Part shown: positions 32,839-43,342 of the stretch, piece after piece
Numbering within the stretch: the stretch's first letter is position 1
How the letters are laid out: each line of letters starts with the position of its first letter
NCBI GenBank assembly: GCA_035486335.1
Contig: DATHND010000088.1
Span: 1 to 56,383, forward strand
Source of the DNA: Solirubrobacteraceae bacterium
GTDB taxonomy: Bacteria; Actinomycetota; Thermoleophilia; Solirubrobacterales; Solirubrobacteraceae
DNA length: 56,383 nt
Direction of reading: 5' to 3'
Translations under genes and position numbers: made by a program
The notes under the pieces: generated by a model
What the model was told of the DNA's origin: nothing
Databases searched by the model: none
What the model saw: only the letters and a program-made list of their open reading frames with translations

Positions 32839-35189
32839 CCGGCCGCTCCCGGCGTGACGCGGTAGGCGTCGAACACCGAGTCGATGTTGCGCATCCGCGT
32901 GATCGCGCCCTTCAGCGTGTGCGTGTCGGCGACCTCGACGACGAAGCGGTTCTTGACCATCGGCGGCGCCGACATGCAGCGCGCTTCGAGGATGTTCGCG
33001 CCGGACTCGGAGAAGACACGCGACAAATCCTCCAGCAGGCGATGGCGGTCCCACGCGTCGATCTGGATTTCGACGACGAACGCCGTCGACCGATCGCCGT
33101 CCCACGCGACGCTCGTGAAGCGCTCGGGGTCCTTGCGCAGCAGCGCCACGTTCGGGCAGTCTTCGCGGTGGATCGTGATCCCACGGCCGAGCGAGATGTA
33201 GCCGACGATCTGATCACCCGGCACCGGGCGACAGCACTTCGCCAATCGCAGCATCACGTCATCGACGCCCTCGACCTTGATCCCGTACTGGCCCGAGGAC
33301 TTCGTCGGGCGCCGGCGCGAGGAGCGCCCGACGCGCAGCAGGTCGGCCGCGGGGCCTTCGGCGTCGGCCGCCTCGCCCTGCTTCAGGCGTTGCATCACCT
33401 TGTCGACGACGAGCTTCGGCGAGACCTTCGCGGCGCCGAGCGCGATGTAGAAGTCGTCCGCCTTGCGGTAGCCGACCTCACGAATCACGTCGGCGAGCAA
33501 CGCCGAGCCGGTGATCTTCTGCGCCGGCAGGCCCGCCCGGCGCAGGTGCTCCTGCAACTGCTCGCGGCCGGTGTGCTCGGTGTCCTGGCGCGACTCGGCC
33601 TTGAACCACGCCTTGATCTTGTTGCGCGCGCGCGTCGTCTTGACCGTCGCCAGCCAGTCGCGCGACGGGCCGCGCTCGCGCTTGGCGGTGAGGATCTCGA
33701 CGATGTCGCCCGAGCGCAGCTCGTAGTGCAGCGGCACGATCTTGCCGTTGACGCGCGCGCCGACGCAGCGGTGGCCGATCTCGGTGTGCACCTCGTAGGC
33801 GAAGTCCAGCGGCGTCGCGCCGGCGGCCAGCGACTTGACCTGACCCTTCGGCGTGAACACGTAGACCTCGTCGTCGTACAGGTCCGTGCGCAGCGTCTCC
33901 ATGAACTCGCGCGGGTCCGACAGCTCCTGCTGCCAATCGAGCATCGTGCGCAGCCACTTGAGCTTCGCGTCGCCGCCCCGCACCCCGTCGGCGCCGGGGC
34001 CCCGACCCTGCTTGTAGACCCAGTGCGCGGCGACGCCGAACTCGGCCATCTCGTGCATCTCCTGCGTGCGGATCTGGATCTCCAGCGGCCGACCCTCGGG
34101 CCCGATCACGGTCGTGTGCAGCGATTGGTACATGTTGAACTTCGGCATCGCGATGAAGTCCTTGAAGCGGCCGGGCAGCGGCTTCCACAGTGAGTGGATC
34201 ACGCCGACGGTGCCGTAGCAGTCCTTCACCGAGTCGACGATCACGCGCATCGCCGTGAGGTCGTAGATCTCGTTGAACTCCCGGCCCTTCTTCGTCATCT
34301 TCGAATAAATCGAATAAAAATGCTTGGCTCGCCCGGCGATCTGGGCCTCGATGCCAAGCTCGGACAGCTCGCGGGACAGGTATTCGCCCGCCTCTGAGAC
34401 ATAGCCCTCGCGGTCCTCGCGCTGCTGCGCGACGAGTCCCTTGATCTCTTGGTACTTGCGCGGGTGCAGCGTCGCGAACGCGAGGTCCTCGAGCTCCCAC
34501 TTGAGCGCGTGGATTCCCAGGCGGTGCGCGAGCGGCGCGTAGATCTCGAGCGTCTCGCGTGCCTTCTCCATCTGCTTCTGCTTCGGCATCGCGTCGATCG
34601 TGCGCATGTTGTGCAGGCGGTCGGCGAGCTTGATCAGGATGACCCGCACGTCAGTGGCCATCGCGACCATCATCTTGCGGTAGTTCTCGGCCTGCGCCTC
34701 GTCGTGCGACTCGAAGGTGATCCCGGTCAGCTTCGTCACGCCGTCGACGATCTGCGCGATCTCCTCGCCGAAGCGCTCGCGTACCTCCTCGATCGACGCC
34801 GACGTGTCCTCGATCGTGTCGTGCAACAGCGCCGCGCACAGCGTCTCGGTATCGAGGCGCATGCCCGCGCAGATGCGCGCGACGCCGACCGGGTGCACGA
34901 TGAAGTCCTCGCCCGACTTGCGCCGCTGCGCCGCGTGGTGCTCGCACGCGAACACGAACGCCTCCTGCACCCGCGCGCGGTCGATCTCGATGGCCGCATC
35001 GTCCCCGGAGGGGGAGTCGGCCGCGTGCTCGGAGACGATCGCGAACAGATCGGCGAGTAGACGCCGCTCGGGCTCGGACAGAGCCAGGCGCGCCGGCGGC
35101 GGCTCGCTCGCGCGCGTGCGTACGGGCGTTACTGCGGGCGGGGCCTGCTCGACCGCCTCGGCGCTGTGTGGATTTTTCGCGACGGCCAT
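32835..35189 (-). CDS. relA: Bifunctional (p)ppGpp synthetase/hydrolase Rel
   Basis: QRRKSGEDFIVHP, LLHDTIED, KLADRLHNMRT, YQSLHTTV, EIQIRT, TGS and ACT domains. Confidence 0.97.
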   Translation of the reverse strand: MAVAKNPHSAEAVEQAPPAVTPVRTRASEPPPARLALSEPERRLLADLFAIVSEHAADSPSGDDAAIEIDRARVQEAFVFACEHHAAQRRKSGEDFIVHPVGVARICAGMRLDTETLCAALLHDTIEDTSASIEEVRERFGEEIAQIVDGVTKLTGITFESHDEAQAENYRKMMVAMATDVRVILIKLADRLHNMRTIDAMPKQKQMEKARETLEIYAPLAHRLGIHALKWELEDLAFATLHPRKYQEIKGLVAQQREDREGYVSEAGEYLSRELSELGIEAQIAGRAKHFYSIYSKMTKKGREFNEIYDLTAMRVIVDSVKDCYGTVGVIHSLWKPLPGRFKDFIAMPKFNMYQSLHTTVIGPEGRPLEIQIRTQEMHEMAEFGVAAHWVYKQGRGPGADGVRGGDAKLKWLRTMLDWQQELSDPREFMETLRTDLYDDEVYVFTPKGQVKSLAAGATPLDFAYEVHTEIGHRCVGARVNGKIVPLHYELRSGDIVEILTAKRERGPSRDWLATVKTTRARNKIKAWFKAESRQDTEHTGREQLQEHLRRAGLPAQKITGSALLADVIREVGYRKADDFYIALGAAKVSPKLVVDKVMQRLKQGEAADAEGPAADLLRVGRSSRRRPTKSSGQYGIKVEGVDDVMLRLAKCCRPVPGDQIVGYISLGRGITIHREDCPNVALLRKDPERFTSVAWDGDRSTAFVVEIQIDAWDRHRLLEDLSRVFSESGANILEARCMSAPPMVKNRFVVEVADTHTLKGAITRMRNIDSVFDAYRVTPGAAG

Positions 35190-35227
35190 GTCTAAAGGGT
35201 AGGGGACGCCTTCTTCAGATCCAAGAA

Positions 35228-37024
35228 CTAGCCCATCGCGAACAGGACGAGCTCGCCGCGCTCTTCGATCGGCTCGGGCTCCTGGCGTGACGCGTGCTCG
35301 ACCCGCGCCGGCGCGGGCTGCAGGCGCGCGGCCGCGATCTCCGGCACGGCCGCGCGAGCGTGACGCAGCACCAGCCGCGGCTCGGACACGCCGTTCCACT
35401 CGTTGACCTCGAGCTTGAACGTCGCCTGCGCCGGCTCGCCTTCGGCGACCGGCAGCGTGGCGCCGGCGCCGAACGCGACCGCACGGGCGCGCGCGCCGCG
35501 CGAGTGGACGGTGAAGCGCACGTGCCGGCCTTCGCCCATCCCGCGCGCGTCGGCGAACGTGGCGTCGGCGAGCATCAGCGAGACGCCCGGGTTGCCGCGC
35601 CCGAATGGCGCCAGACGCTGCAGCTCCTCCGCGAGCGCCATCGACAGCTCGTCGCCGCCGACGAGCGCGTCGACGCGCTCGACGCCGAGCAGATCGGCCG
35701 GCGTCAGCACGCGCGCGGCGTGCGCCGTGAACGCGTCCGCGAGCGCCGCGACGCGTCCGCGCTCGATCTCCAGCCCCGCCGCCGCGCGATGGCCGCCGTG
35801 GCGCAGCACGTGCTCGGCGCACGCGTCGAGACCGCCGAGCAGGTCGAACGCGGGAATGCTCCGCGCCGAGCCCCTACCGCGCTCGCCGTCGAGCGCGATC
35901 AGCACGACCGGCCGGTGGTGGCGCTCGGCGAGCCGCGCCGCGACGATCCCGATCACGCCGGCGTGCCAGCCCTCGCCGGCGAGCACGTACGCGTCGCGCT
36001 CGCCGAGCGCCGCGATCTGCGCTTCGGCGTCGTAGCGAATCCGCGTCTCGACCTCGCGGCGCTCGTAGTTGGCGCGGTCGAGCTCCTCGGCGACCTGCGC
36101 CGCACGCAGGGGATCCTCGGTCATGATCAGCTCGAGGCCGGCGTCGGCCCGGTACAGCCGCCCCGCCGCGTTCAGCCGCGGCGCCAGCGCGAAGCCGATC
36201 GCGCGCTCGTCGACCCGGCCGGGGTCGACGTGTGCGACGCGCATCAGCGCGCGCAGCCCCGGCTTGCTCGTCGCCGCCAGCGTGCGCAGCCCGCGCCGCA
36301 CGAACGCGCGGTTCTCGCCGCGCAGCGGCACGACGTCGGCGACCGTCGCGAGCGCGACGAGGTCGAGCTCGCGCTCGAGCTCGCGCGGGTCCCGCCCGAC
36401 GCGTTCGTAGAGCGCCTGCGCGAGCTTGTACGCGACCGCCGTCGCACACAACTCCGCGCACGGGTAACCACACAGCGCCGGGTGCACGATCGGCGCGTCC
36501 GGCAGCGCGCCGTCGGCGCGCTGCGCGTGGTGGTCGGTGACGACCACGTCGAGGCCCAGCTCGCGCGCGAGCGCGACCTCCGCGACGGCCGTGATCGCGC
36601 AGTCGGCGCTGATCAGCAGACGCGTGCCGCGCGCGGCGAGCCGTCGGACCGTCGCCGCGGCGAGGCCGTAGCCGTCGCCGGCGCGATCGGGCAGGTAATG
36701 ATCGACGTCGGCGCCGAGCGCGCGCAGCGCGCGCAGCAGGATCGCCGTCGAACAGACGCCGTCGACGTCGTAGTCGCCGTGGATCGTGACCCGCCGCCCG
36801 GCCGAGACGTGCGCGAGGATCGTCGCGACCGCCCGCTCGATCCCAGCGAACGCGCCAGGCGGGTGCAGCTCGTCGGCCGCGAGGAACGCGCGCGCGGTCT
36901 CCGGCTCGGCGAGCCCGCGCCGGACGAGCACCTGCGCGAGCGCGCCGCTGACGCCGAGCTCGCGGCGCAGGCGCGCGACGTCCTCTGGGGGGCAGTCGGC
37001 GATCTCGAAGCTAGGCGTCTGCAC
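35228..37024 (-). CDS. recJ: Single-stranded DNA exonuclease RecJ
   Basis: GDYDVDG, TDHH, LATVADVVPLRGENR, APRLNAAGR, GGHRAAAG, PFGRGNP. Confidence 0.95.
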   Translation of the reverse strand: MQTPSFEIADCPPEDVARLRRELGVSGALAQVLVRRGLAEPETARAFLAADELHPPGAFAGIERAVATILAHVSAGRRVTIHGDYDVDGVCSTAILLRALRALGADVDHYLPDRAGDGYGLAAATVRRLAARGTRLLISADCAITAVAEVALARELGLDVVVTDHHAQRADGALPDAPIVHPALCGYPCAELCATAVAYKLAQALYERVGRDPRELERELDLVALATVADVVPLRGENRAFVRRGLRTLAATSKPGLRALMRVAHVDPGRVDERAIGFALAPRLNAAGRLYRADAGLELIMTEDPLRAAQVAEELDRANYERREVETRIRYDAEAQIAALGERDAYVLAGEGWHAGVIGIVAARLAERHHRPVVLIALDGERGRGSARSIPAFDLLGGLDACAEHVLRHGGHRAAAGLEIERGRVAALADAFTAHAARVLTPADLLGVERVDALVGGDELSMALAEELQRLAPFGRGNPGVSLMLADATFADARGMGEGRHVRFTVHSRGARARAVAFGAGATLPVAEGEPAQATFKLEVNEWNGVSEPRLVLRHARAAVPEIAAARLQPAPARVEHASRQEPEPIEERGELVLFAMG

Positions 37025-37108
37025 AGTCGGTCAAACTTACGGCCAGCGCGAGACGGAACCGCGTGGAGCTGCAAGACGCCGCCGCGCGCGGCCCCGGCGA
37101 CTCCGAGC

Positions 37109-37405
37109 TCAGACGTCTTCGAGCGGGCGCGAGGCGATTTCCTTGCGCATCCCGACCAGATACACGATCGCCATCCCGATCAACGCGCCGGGCACGGCGT
37201 ACAGCACGACGGCGACGTCGGTCGCCTTTTCGCCGGGGATCTTCAGCGCGGAGACTTTGACGCTGTAGATGATCAGCCCGACGGCGATCGATCCGAGCAG
37301 CGACCCGACGAACGCGCCGACGATGCCGCCCCAGAAGCGGTCCGGCAGGAAGATCGTGTAGTGCCAGATCGCGAGCCCCATGATCACCCAGCCGAGCAAT
37401 CCCAT
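37109..37405 (-). CDS. Small membrane protein (about 3 TM), translationally coupled to secDF
   Basis: Hydrophobic Gly-rich helices; TGATG overlap with the secDF stop. Confidence 0.75.
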   Translation of the reverse strand: MGLLGWVIMGLAIWHYTIFLPDRFWGGIVGAFVGSLLGSIAVGLIIYSVKVSALKIPGEKATDVAVVLYAVPGALIGMAIVYLVGMRKEIASRPLEDV

Positions 37406-40400
37406 CAGCGCCTCCCGTGCCTGCGGTTGCGCGCGCGTTTGCGTTTCGGCGCCGGCTTGTCGTCCTTCAGCACGAGGTCCTCGGGCGTCAGATCGGCCGT
37501 CGGGTCGCGCGGGGACGCAGGCGCTTCGGGCCGCTCGAGCTCCTGCTCGGGCTTGGCCGGCGGCGGCTTCTGCACGACGCCGGCGCCGGCCGAGCGCCGC
37601 GAGCGCCCGTTCGAGCGTTGCGTGCGCGCCGGGGGCGCGCTCGGCGGAGACTCGACGTCGAGGTCGCGGACGAGCTCCTGGAACTCGTCGCGTGAGATCT
37701 GCTCGCCCGGTTCCTCCGGCGCGATCAGGCCGCCGCGCCGGCTGCGTTTGCGCTTCCCGGCCGGCTCGACGTCGATCGGCTCGCCGCCGGCGCTCGTCGC
37801 GTACGCGGGCACGGCGCCGAGTTCACGCTCGATCCGCGCTCGCCGGTTGCGGTAGCCGGGCTCGCGCTCCTTCCAGTGCGTCAGCACCGGCGAGGCGATG
37901 AAGATCGACGAGTACGCGCCCGAGGCGATCCCGACCATCAGCGCGAACGCGAAGTCCTTCAGCGTTTCGCCGCCGAACAGCAGCAGCGAGACGACCGGCA
38001 GGAGCGTGCAGAAGCTCGTCGCGAGCGATCGCGTCAGCACCTCGGACATCGAGCGGTTGACGATCTGCGAGAACGCGGCGCGGGGCATTCGCGGAACGTT
38101 CTCGCGCACGCGATCGAACACGATGATCGTGTCGTACAGCGAATAGCCGAGGATCGTCAACAGCGCCGCGACCGTCGCGGTCGTGACTTCCCGCCCGGTC
38201 AGCGAGTAGACGCCGGCGGTGATCAGCAGGTCGTGCATCAGCGCGATCAGCACCGGGACCGAGTACTTCCAGGAGAAGCGCAGCGCGATGTACGCAGAGA
38301 TCACGAGCAGCGAGGCGATGATCGCGATCACCGCGCTGTTGGCGACCGTCTTGCCGAACGTCGGCCCGATCGAGGTCGAGGAGAAGTTCTTCGTGCCCGC
38401 GACCGCGCCGTGGCCGAACTTCGCGTCGAGGTCGGACTTGATCCTCTGGACGTTTTCCGGCTTGAGCGTCTTCGTCGAGATCTGGTAGCCGCCGCCGCCG
38501 ATGCTCTTGTTGTTGTACTTCTGCACCTCGGTATTGCCGTAGCCGACCGCGGTCATCTCTTTCGCGACTTCGCTCACGCTGACCGGCCGCACGAACGCCG
38601 TCTGGATCCGCGTGCCCGACTTGAAGTCGATCCCGAAGTTCAGCCCCTTGCCCCCGATCGCGATCGCGCCGATCAAGAGGATCGTGCCCGACAGCGAGAA
38701 GAACCACTTCGAGGCGCCCATGAAGTCGAACGTCCAGCCGCCGCCGCGGCGCGCCGTGCCGAGCGCGGCCGGGTGCGAGACGAATTTCGAGCGGCCCATC
38801 GCGCCGAGCGCAGCCTGCGTCGCGAGCACGGCCGTGAACAGCGAGACGAGCGTGCCGATGCCGAGCGTGAACGCGAAGCCCTTGACTTCGGCGGTCGCCA
38901 GCGCGAACAGGATGAACGCGGTCATGAACGTCACGACGTTCGCGTCGACGATCGCTTCAAAGCCGCGTTTGTAGCCGGTCGCGATGCCGGAGATCACCGA
39001 TCTGCCGCCGCGAATCTCCTCCTTGACGCGCTCGAAGATCACGATGTTCGCGTCGGCGGCGACGCCGATCGTGAGGATCAGCCCGGCGATGCCCGGCAGC
39101 GTCAGCGTGATTGGGATCAGCTTGATCAGCGCGAAGAAGTAGATCCCGTAGATCACGAGGCCGCCGATCGCGATGGCGCCGAGCACGCGGTAGAACAGCA
39201 GCAGGAACAGGCAGACGATCGCGAAGCCGACGAGCCCGGCGAGCAGCCCCTGGTTGAGCGCCGTTTTGCCGAGCGTCGCCGACACCTGCGAGTTGGAGAT
39301 CAGCTGCAGCTTGATCGGCAGCGCGCCCGACTGCAGCTCTTGCGCGAGTTCCTGCGCCGAGGTGATCGTGAAGCCGCCGGCGATCTGCGAGCCGGTCGAG
39401 GCGTCGATCCCTTCCGGGTACTTCGTGTAGTCGATCGACGGCGCCGTGATGATCTGCCCGTCGAGCGCGACGGCAAAGTGCTGCAGCGCCGCTTCCCTGG
39501 GGACTCCCGGCAGCTGCGCTTCCTGACCGCGATGGGCGATTTCCTTGGTGACCCGCTGGAAGACGCTCTTGCCGTGCCCGGTGAATTCAAACGTCACGTT
39601 CGGCGCGCCGGTCCCGCCGGCGCTTTCGTCGAAGCTCTGCGTCGGGTTCTTCACGTCGCCGCCGGTCAGCACCGGATCGTCCTTCAGCACGTAGTAGCTG
39701 TTCGGGCTTTTCTGCGTGACCTTGCCCGAGCTGGTTTGGATCGGCTGCGCCTGCACGAGCACCGTGCCGGGATTGACGCGCACGACCTGCGGCTTCGCGC
39801 CGAGCGGCGCTTTGTAGCCGTCGGCGTAGAGGTTCTTTTCCGTTTCCTCGGGGCCGCGCAGGACCTTTTCGTGCTTGGTGTCGAGCAGATACCACGTCCC
39901 GTAGATGCATTCGCCGATCTGCGCCGGCGTGCAGCCCTTCGTCCACGTCGTGTCGTTCTGGCGCAGTTCGGCCGTGCGCTTGCCGGCGCGCTGCACGGCC
40001 TCGTACTCGGGCAGGCCGCGTTCGGCGCTCGCCGGCGTCGGGCCGCCGGTGACGATCGCTTCGGTCGGCGCCGGCTTGCCGGTCGGCCCAATCACGTTCG
40101 GCTCCCAGTCGTAGAAGAACAGCTGCGCGGTCTTGCCGACCTCCTGTTCGGCGCGTTTGGCGTCTTTCACTTCCGGCAGCGCGACGTCGATTTCGTCCGA
40201 GCCCGAGCGCTGGATTTCCGGCTGGGAGACGCCGAGTTGGTCGACGCGCTTGCGCATGATGTTGATCGACTGGTTCAGCGATTCAGAGTCGACTTTCGAC
40301 TGCGCGGTCGGCCTCGCCTGGTAGACGAGCTGGACGCCCCCCTTCAGGTCGAGCCCGAGGCGCGTCTTTTTCGTCGCGATCACGGCGACCGAGGCGGCGA

Positions 40401-40452
40401 TCAGGCCCACGACGATCAGCAGGATCAACGTGTTGCGGCGGCGGTCTGTCAT
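37405..40452 (-). CDS. secDF: Fused protein translocase subunit SecDF
   Basis: LGLDLKGG, LTLPGIAGLILTIGVAADANIVIFERVKEE, GIDFKSG, GYSLYDTIIVFDRVRE, GAYSSIFIA. Confidence 0.97.
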   Translation of the reverse strand: MTDRRRNTLILLIVVGLIAASVAVIATKKTRLGLDLKGGVQLVYQARPTAQSKVDSESLNQSINIMRKRVDQLGVSQPEIQRSGSDEIDVALPEVKDAKRAEQEVGKTAQLFFYDWEPNVIGPTGKPAPTEAIVTGGPTPASAERGLPEYEAVQRAGKRTAELRQNDTTWTKGCTPAQIGECIYGTWYLLDTKHEKVLRGPEETEKNLYADGYKAPLGAKPQVVRVNPGTVLVQAQPIQTSSGKVTQKSPNSYYVLKDDPVLTGGDVKNPTQSFDESAGGTGAPNVTFEFTGHGKSVFQRVTKEIAHRGQEAQLPGVPREAALQHFAVALDGQIITAPSIDYTKYPEGIDASTGSQIAGGFTITSAQELAQELQSGALPIKLQLISNSQVSATLGKTALNQGLLAGLVGFAIVCLFLLLFYRVLGAIAIGGLVIYGIYFFALIKLIPITLTLPGIAGLILTIGVAADANIVIFERVKEEIRGGRSVISGIATGYKRGFEAIVDANVVTFMTAFILFALATAEVKGFAFTLGIGTLVSLFTAVLATQAALGAMGRSKFVSHPAALGTARRGGGWTFDFMGASKWFFSLSGTILLIGAIAIGGKGLNFGIDFKSGTRIQTAFVRPVSVSEVAKEMTAVGYGNTEVQKYNNKSIGGGGYQISTKTLKPENVQRIKSDLDAKFGHGAVAGTKNFSSTSIGPTFGKTVANSAVIAIIASLLVISAYIALRFSWKYSVPVLIALMHDLLITAGVYSLTGREVTTATVAALLTILGYSLYDTIIVFDRVRENVPRMPRAAFSQIVNRSMSEVLTRSLATSFCTLLPVVSLLLFGGETLKDFAFALMVGIASGAYSSIFIASPVLTHWKEREPGYRNRRARIERELGAVPAYATSAGGEPIDVEPAGKRKRSRRGGLIAPEEPGEQISRDEFQELVRDLDVESPPSAPPARTQRSNGRSRRSAGAGVVQKPPPAKPEQELERPEAPASPRDPTADLTPEDLVLKDDKPAPKRKRARNRRHGRR

Positions 40453-40475
40453 CTCGCACCCATCGCCAGCTCAGA

Positions 40476-40925
40476 CTACTTGTCCGGCGTCAGCACTAGC
40501 AACAGCCCGCCGTCGTCGTCATACGCCGGGAACATGTCCGCCTTCGCGCCCGCCGCGACGTCGCGTTCGCCCGCGACCTGCACCGGCACCTCGAGTTTGC
40601 GCACGCCCCACTCGAGCACCGTCGCGACCGGATCGTCGCCGTTCTGGAAGCTGAGGCCGAGAACCTGCTCGACGCGTTGGCCGATCACCTCTTCCTCCTC
40701 GAGGCCGGTGAACGCGAACGAGTTCTTGCCGCAGCCGATCACGCGGCCCTCGCCGTCGCAGACGAAGAACGCGGCGTCAGGCGCTGGGTAGTAGTCGTCG
40801 AGCAGTTCAAAGAGGAAAGCAAAGCCGCACTTCGCGCAGCCCTTCGGCTGGCGCGTGAACCCGATGTTGCGGTCGAGCTCGGTCGTGCGATGCCCGCAGT
40901 TGGGGCAGATGAACGGATGGGCCAT
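40476..40925 (-). CDS. Zn-ribbon + PAS-like domain protein
   Basis: CPNCG..CAKCG followed by AFFVCDGEGRVIGC..FAFTGLEEEEVIGQRV (PAS-like). Confidence 0.75.
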   Translation of the reverse strand: MAHPFICPNCGHRTTELDRNIGFTRQPKGCAKCGFAFLFELLDDYYPAPDAAFFVCDGEGRVIGCGKNSFAFTGLEEEEVIGQRVEQVLGLSFQNGDDPVATVLEWGVRKLEVPVQVAGERDVAAGAKADMFPAYDDDGGLLLVLTPDK

Positions 40926-40963
40926 GGTTGGACACAGACTACGAAAGCGGCGAGCAGCGCGGT

Positions 40964-42004
40964 TCAGAACAGCGCGGGGCCGTCGGGCGCCGGTGTCTCC
41001 AGCCCAAGGTGCGCGAACGCCGCCGCGGTCGCGGCGCGCCCGCGCGGCGTGCGCTTCAGCAGGCCCTCGCGCAGCAGGTACGGCTCGTAGACGTCCTCGA
41101 TCGTGTCCTGCTCCTCGCCGACGGCGACGGCGAGCGTCGAGAGGCCGACGGGGCCGCCTTCGAACTTGACGCAGACCGCGCGCAAGATCTCCCTGTCGAG
41201 GCGGTCGAGGCCAAGCGCGTCGACCTCGAGCATTTCCAGCGCCGCGTCCGCCGCCGCCGCCGTGACGACGCCCTGCATGCGCACCTCGGCGAAGTCGCGC
41301 ACGCGCTTGAGCAGGCGGTTGGCGACGCGAGGGGTCCCGCGACTGCGCGCGGCGATCGTGCTCGCGCCCTGCTCGTCGAGCTCGATCTCGAGGATCCCCG
41401 CCGAGCGGCGCACGATGCTCGCGAGGTCGGTGACCGAGTAGGGCTCCAGGCGCGCCTGGATGCCGAAGCGGTCGCGCAGCGGCGTCGTCAGCAGGCCCGT
41501 GCGCGTCGTCGCGCCGACGAGCGTGAACTGCGGCAGCTCGAGCGTCACGACCCGCGCGCCGGCGCCCTGGCCGACGGTGATCGGCAGGCGCCGGTCCTCC
41601 ATCGCCGGATAGAACGTCTCCTCGAGCGTTCGCGGCAGGCGGTGGATCTCGTCGACGAAGAACACGCTGCGCGGCTCGAGCGCCGTCAGGAACGCGGCGA
41701 CGTCGCCCTTGCGCTCGAGCGCCGGGCCGGCGGTCGGCACGAACGGGACGTCGAGCTCGGCCGCCACGATCTGCGCGAGCGAGGTCTTGCCGAGGCCTGG
41801 CGGCCCGGCGAGCAGCAGGTGGTCGAGCGCGTCGCCGCGCGCCGTCGCCGCCTCGATCGCGACCGCGAGCTGCTCGCGCAGCGCCTCCTGGCCGACGAAG
41901 TCGCCGAGCCGGCGCGGGCGCAAGGAGCGGTCGAGCTCGTCCTCGGCGACGAGGTATGGCGTCTGGATCCGCTCGCCGTCAGCGATCGTCGACTCGACGC
42001 TCAT
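40964..42004 (-). CDS. ruvB: Holliday junction branch migration ATPase RuvB
   Basis: [48 protein letters not shown]. Confidence 0.98.
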   Translation of the reverse strand: MSVESTIADGERIQTPYLVAEDELDRSLRPRRLGDFVGQEALREQLAVAIEAATARGDALDHLLLAGPPGLGKTSLAQIVAAELDVPFVPTAGPALERKGDVAAFLTALEPRSVFFVDEIHRLPRTLEETFYPAMEDRRLPITVGQGAGARVVTLELPQFTLVGATTRTGLLTTPLRDRFGIQARLEPYSVTDLASIVRRSAGILEIELDEQGASTIAARSRGTPRVANRLLKRVRDFAEVRMQGVVTAAAADAALEMLEVDALGLDRLDREILRAVCVKFEGGPVGLSTLAVAVGEEQDTIEDVYEPYLLREGLLKRTPRGRAATAAAFAHLGLETPAPDGPALF

Positions 42005-42186
42005 GTCGCGGCCTCGGTGGGGGCAGTCACCTGACATGAGCGCGTAGGGCAAGCCGGGCAAGGACGCAGGGAGCGTGGCGTGCTGGCCGAAACGGGGATG
42101 CGAGCGGAGCGAGTGTCTCCCGGCTTCGGTACGCGAGCGACCGAGGACGCCGATCCGGCGCAGCCATACGCGCTCATGTCGCGGCC
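41998..42186. repeat. Long hairpin repeat element, copy C, flanked by 16-bp direct repeats
   Basis: DR CGCTCATGTCGCGGCC at 41998-42013 and 42171-42186; perfect 14-bp IR 42033-42046/42167-42180; blocks shared with copies A and B. Confidence 0.85.
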
Positions 42187-42791
42187 CGGGCGAGGCGCAA
42201 CGCGTGCGCGATCAACTGCTCGGCGCTGTCGCCCTCGACGTCGAGCAGCAGCCCGTCGGCTTCGCCGGGCGCGTAGCCGAGCTCGATCAGGCCGGCGCGC
42301 GCGAGGCCGCGTCCGTCGCCGGCGTCCGTCGCCGCACGCTCGCCGCGCGCGGCGAGGATCGCGCCGTCGGCCGCGTCGCCGTCGCCGCGCACGACGACCT
42401 TCTCGCGCAGCTCGACGATGATCCGTTCGGCCGTGCGCTTGCCGATCCCCGGGACGGCCTGGAAGCGCGCCGCGTCGCCGCCAGCGATCGCGGCGATCAG
42501 CTCGCGCGGCGAGCCGCCGGAGAGCACCGCCAGCGCGACCTTCGGCCCGACGGCCTGAACGGACAGCAGCATCAGGAACAGGTCGCGCTCCTGCTCGGAG
42601 TGAAAGCCGTGCAGCGCGAGCGCGTCGTCACGCACGATCAGGTGCGTGTGCAGCGTCGCCGGCTCGCCGACCGGCGGCACGTGGCGCAGCGTCTCGGCGG
42701 AGACGGCGGCGCGGTAGCCAACGCCCTCGCACAGCAGGACGACGTGGTCGGAGCGGCGTACCGCCACCTCTCCTCGCAGCAGCGCGATCAC
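42174..42791 (-). CDS. ruvA: Holliday junction branch migration protein RuvA
   Basis: [46 protein letters not shown]. Confidence 0.96.
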   Translation of the reverse strand: MIALLRGEVAVRRSDHVVLLCEGVGYRAAVSAETLRHVPPVGEPATLHTHLIVRDDALALHGFHSEQERDLFLMLLSVQAVGPKVALAVLSGGSPRELIAAIAGGDAARFQAVPGIGKRTAERIIVELREKVVVRGDGDAADGAILAARGERAATDAGDGRGLARAGLIELGYAPGEADGLLLDVEGDSAEQLIAHALRLARAAT

Positions 42792-43288
42792 GCCTCGGCC
42801 CTCTGCAGCGCGCGCGTCAGCGGCGCGCAGTTGGCGTGGCAGATCGCGACGGCGAGCGCGTCGGCGGCGTGGTCGGGGCGCGGCTCGTGCTCGAGCGCGA
42901 GCAGCGCCATCACCATCCGTCCGACCTGCTCCTTGCTCGCGCGGCCGCTGCCGCAGACCGCGCCCTTGACCTGCTGCGGCGTGTAGCCGGCGCACGGCAG
43001 ACCGCGCTGGCCGGCGGCGAGCATCGCGACGCCGCGCGCGTGGCCGACGGCGAACGCGGTTTTCACGTTTTGCCCGAAGTACAGCTCCTCGAGCGCGACC
43101 GCGTCTGGGTCATGCTCGGCGATCAGGCGCTCGACGTGCTCGTGGATCTCGGCCAGACGCCGCTCGCGTGGCAGGTCGGCCGGCGTCTCGATCACGCCCC
43201 CGTCGAGCGCCACGAGCCGACCGTCACGGCGCTCGACGACGCCGTAGCCGGTGTTCGCGAGGCCGGGGTCGATGCCGAGCACGATCAT
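42788..43288 (-). CDS. ruvC: Crossover junction endodeoxyribonuclease RuvC
   Basis: VLGIDPGLANTGYG, YTPQQVK, GRASKEQV, DHAADALAVAICH. Confidence 0.97.
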   Translation of the reverse strand: MIVLGIDPGLANTGYGVVERRDGRLVALDGGVIETPADLPRERRLAEIHEHVERLIAEHDPDAVALEELYFGQNVKTAFAVGHARGVAMLAAGQRGLPCAGYTPQQVKGAVCGSGRASKEQVGRMVMALLALEHEPRPDHAADALAVAICHANCAPLTRALQRAEA

Positions 43289-43342
43289 GGGAGGTGATTC
43301 TGCGCGCGGCCTCGGACGCCTGCCTCGCGTACCCTGGCGCGG

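Noticed and set aside
42005-42061. Extended ruvB N-terminus from the ORF track
   Set aside because: The extension reads through repeat-associated DNA; ATG 42004 with GAGG upstream is the better start.
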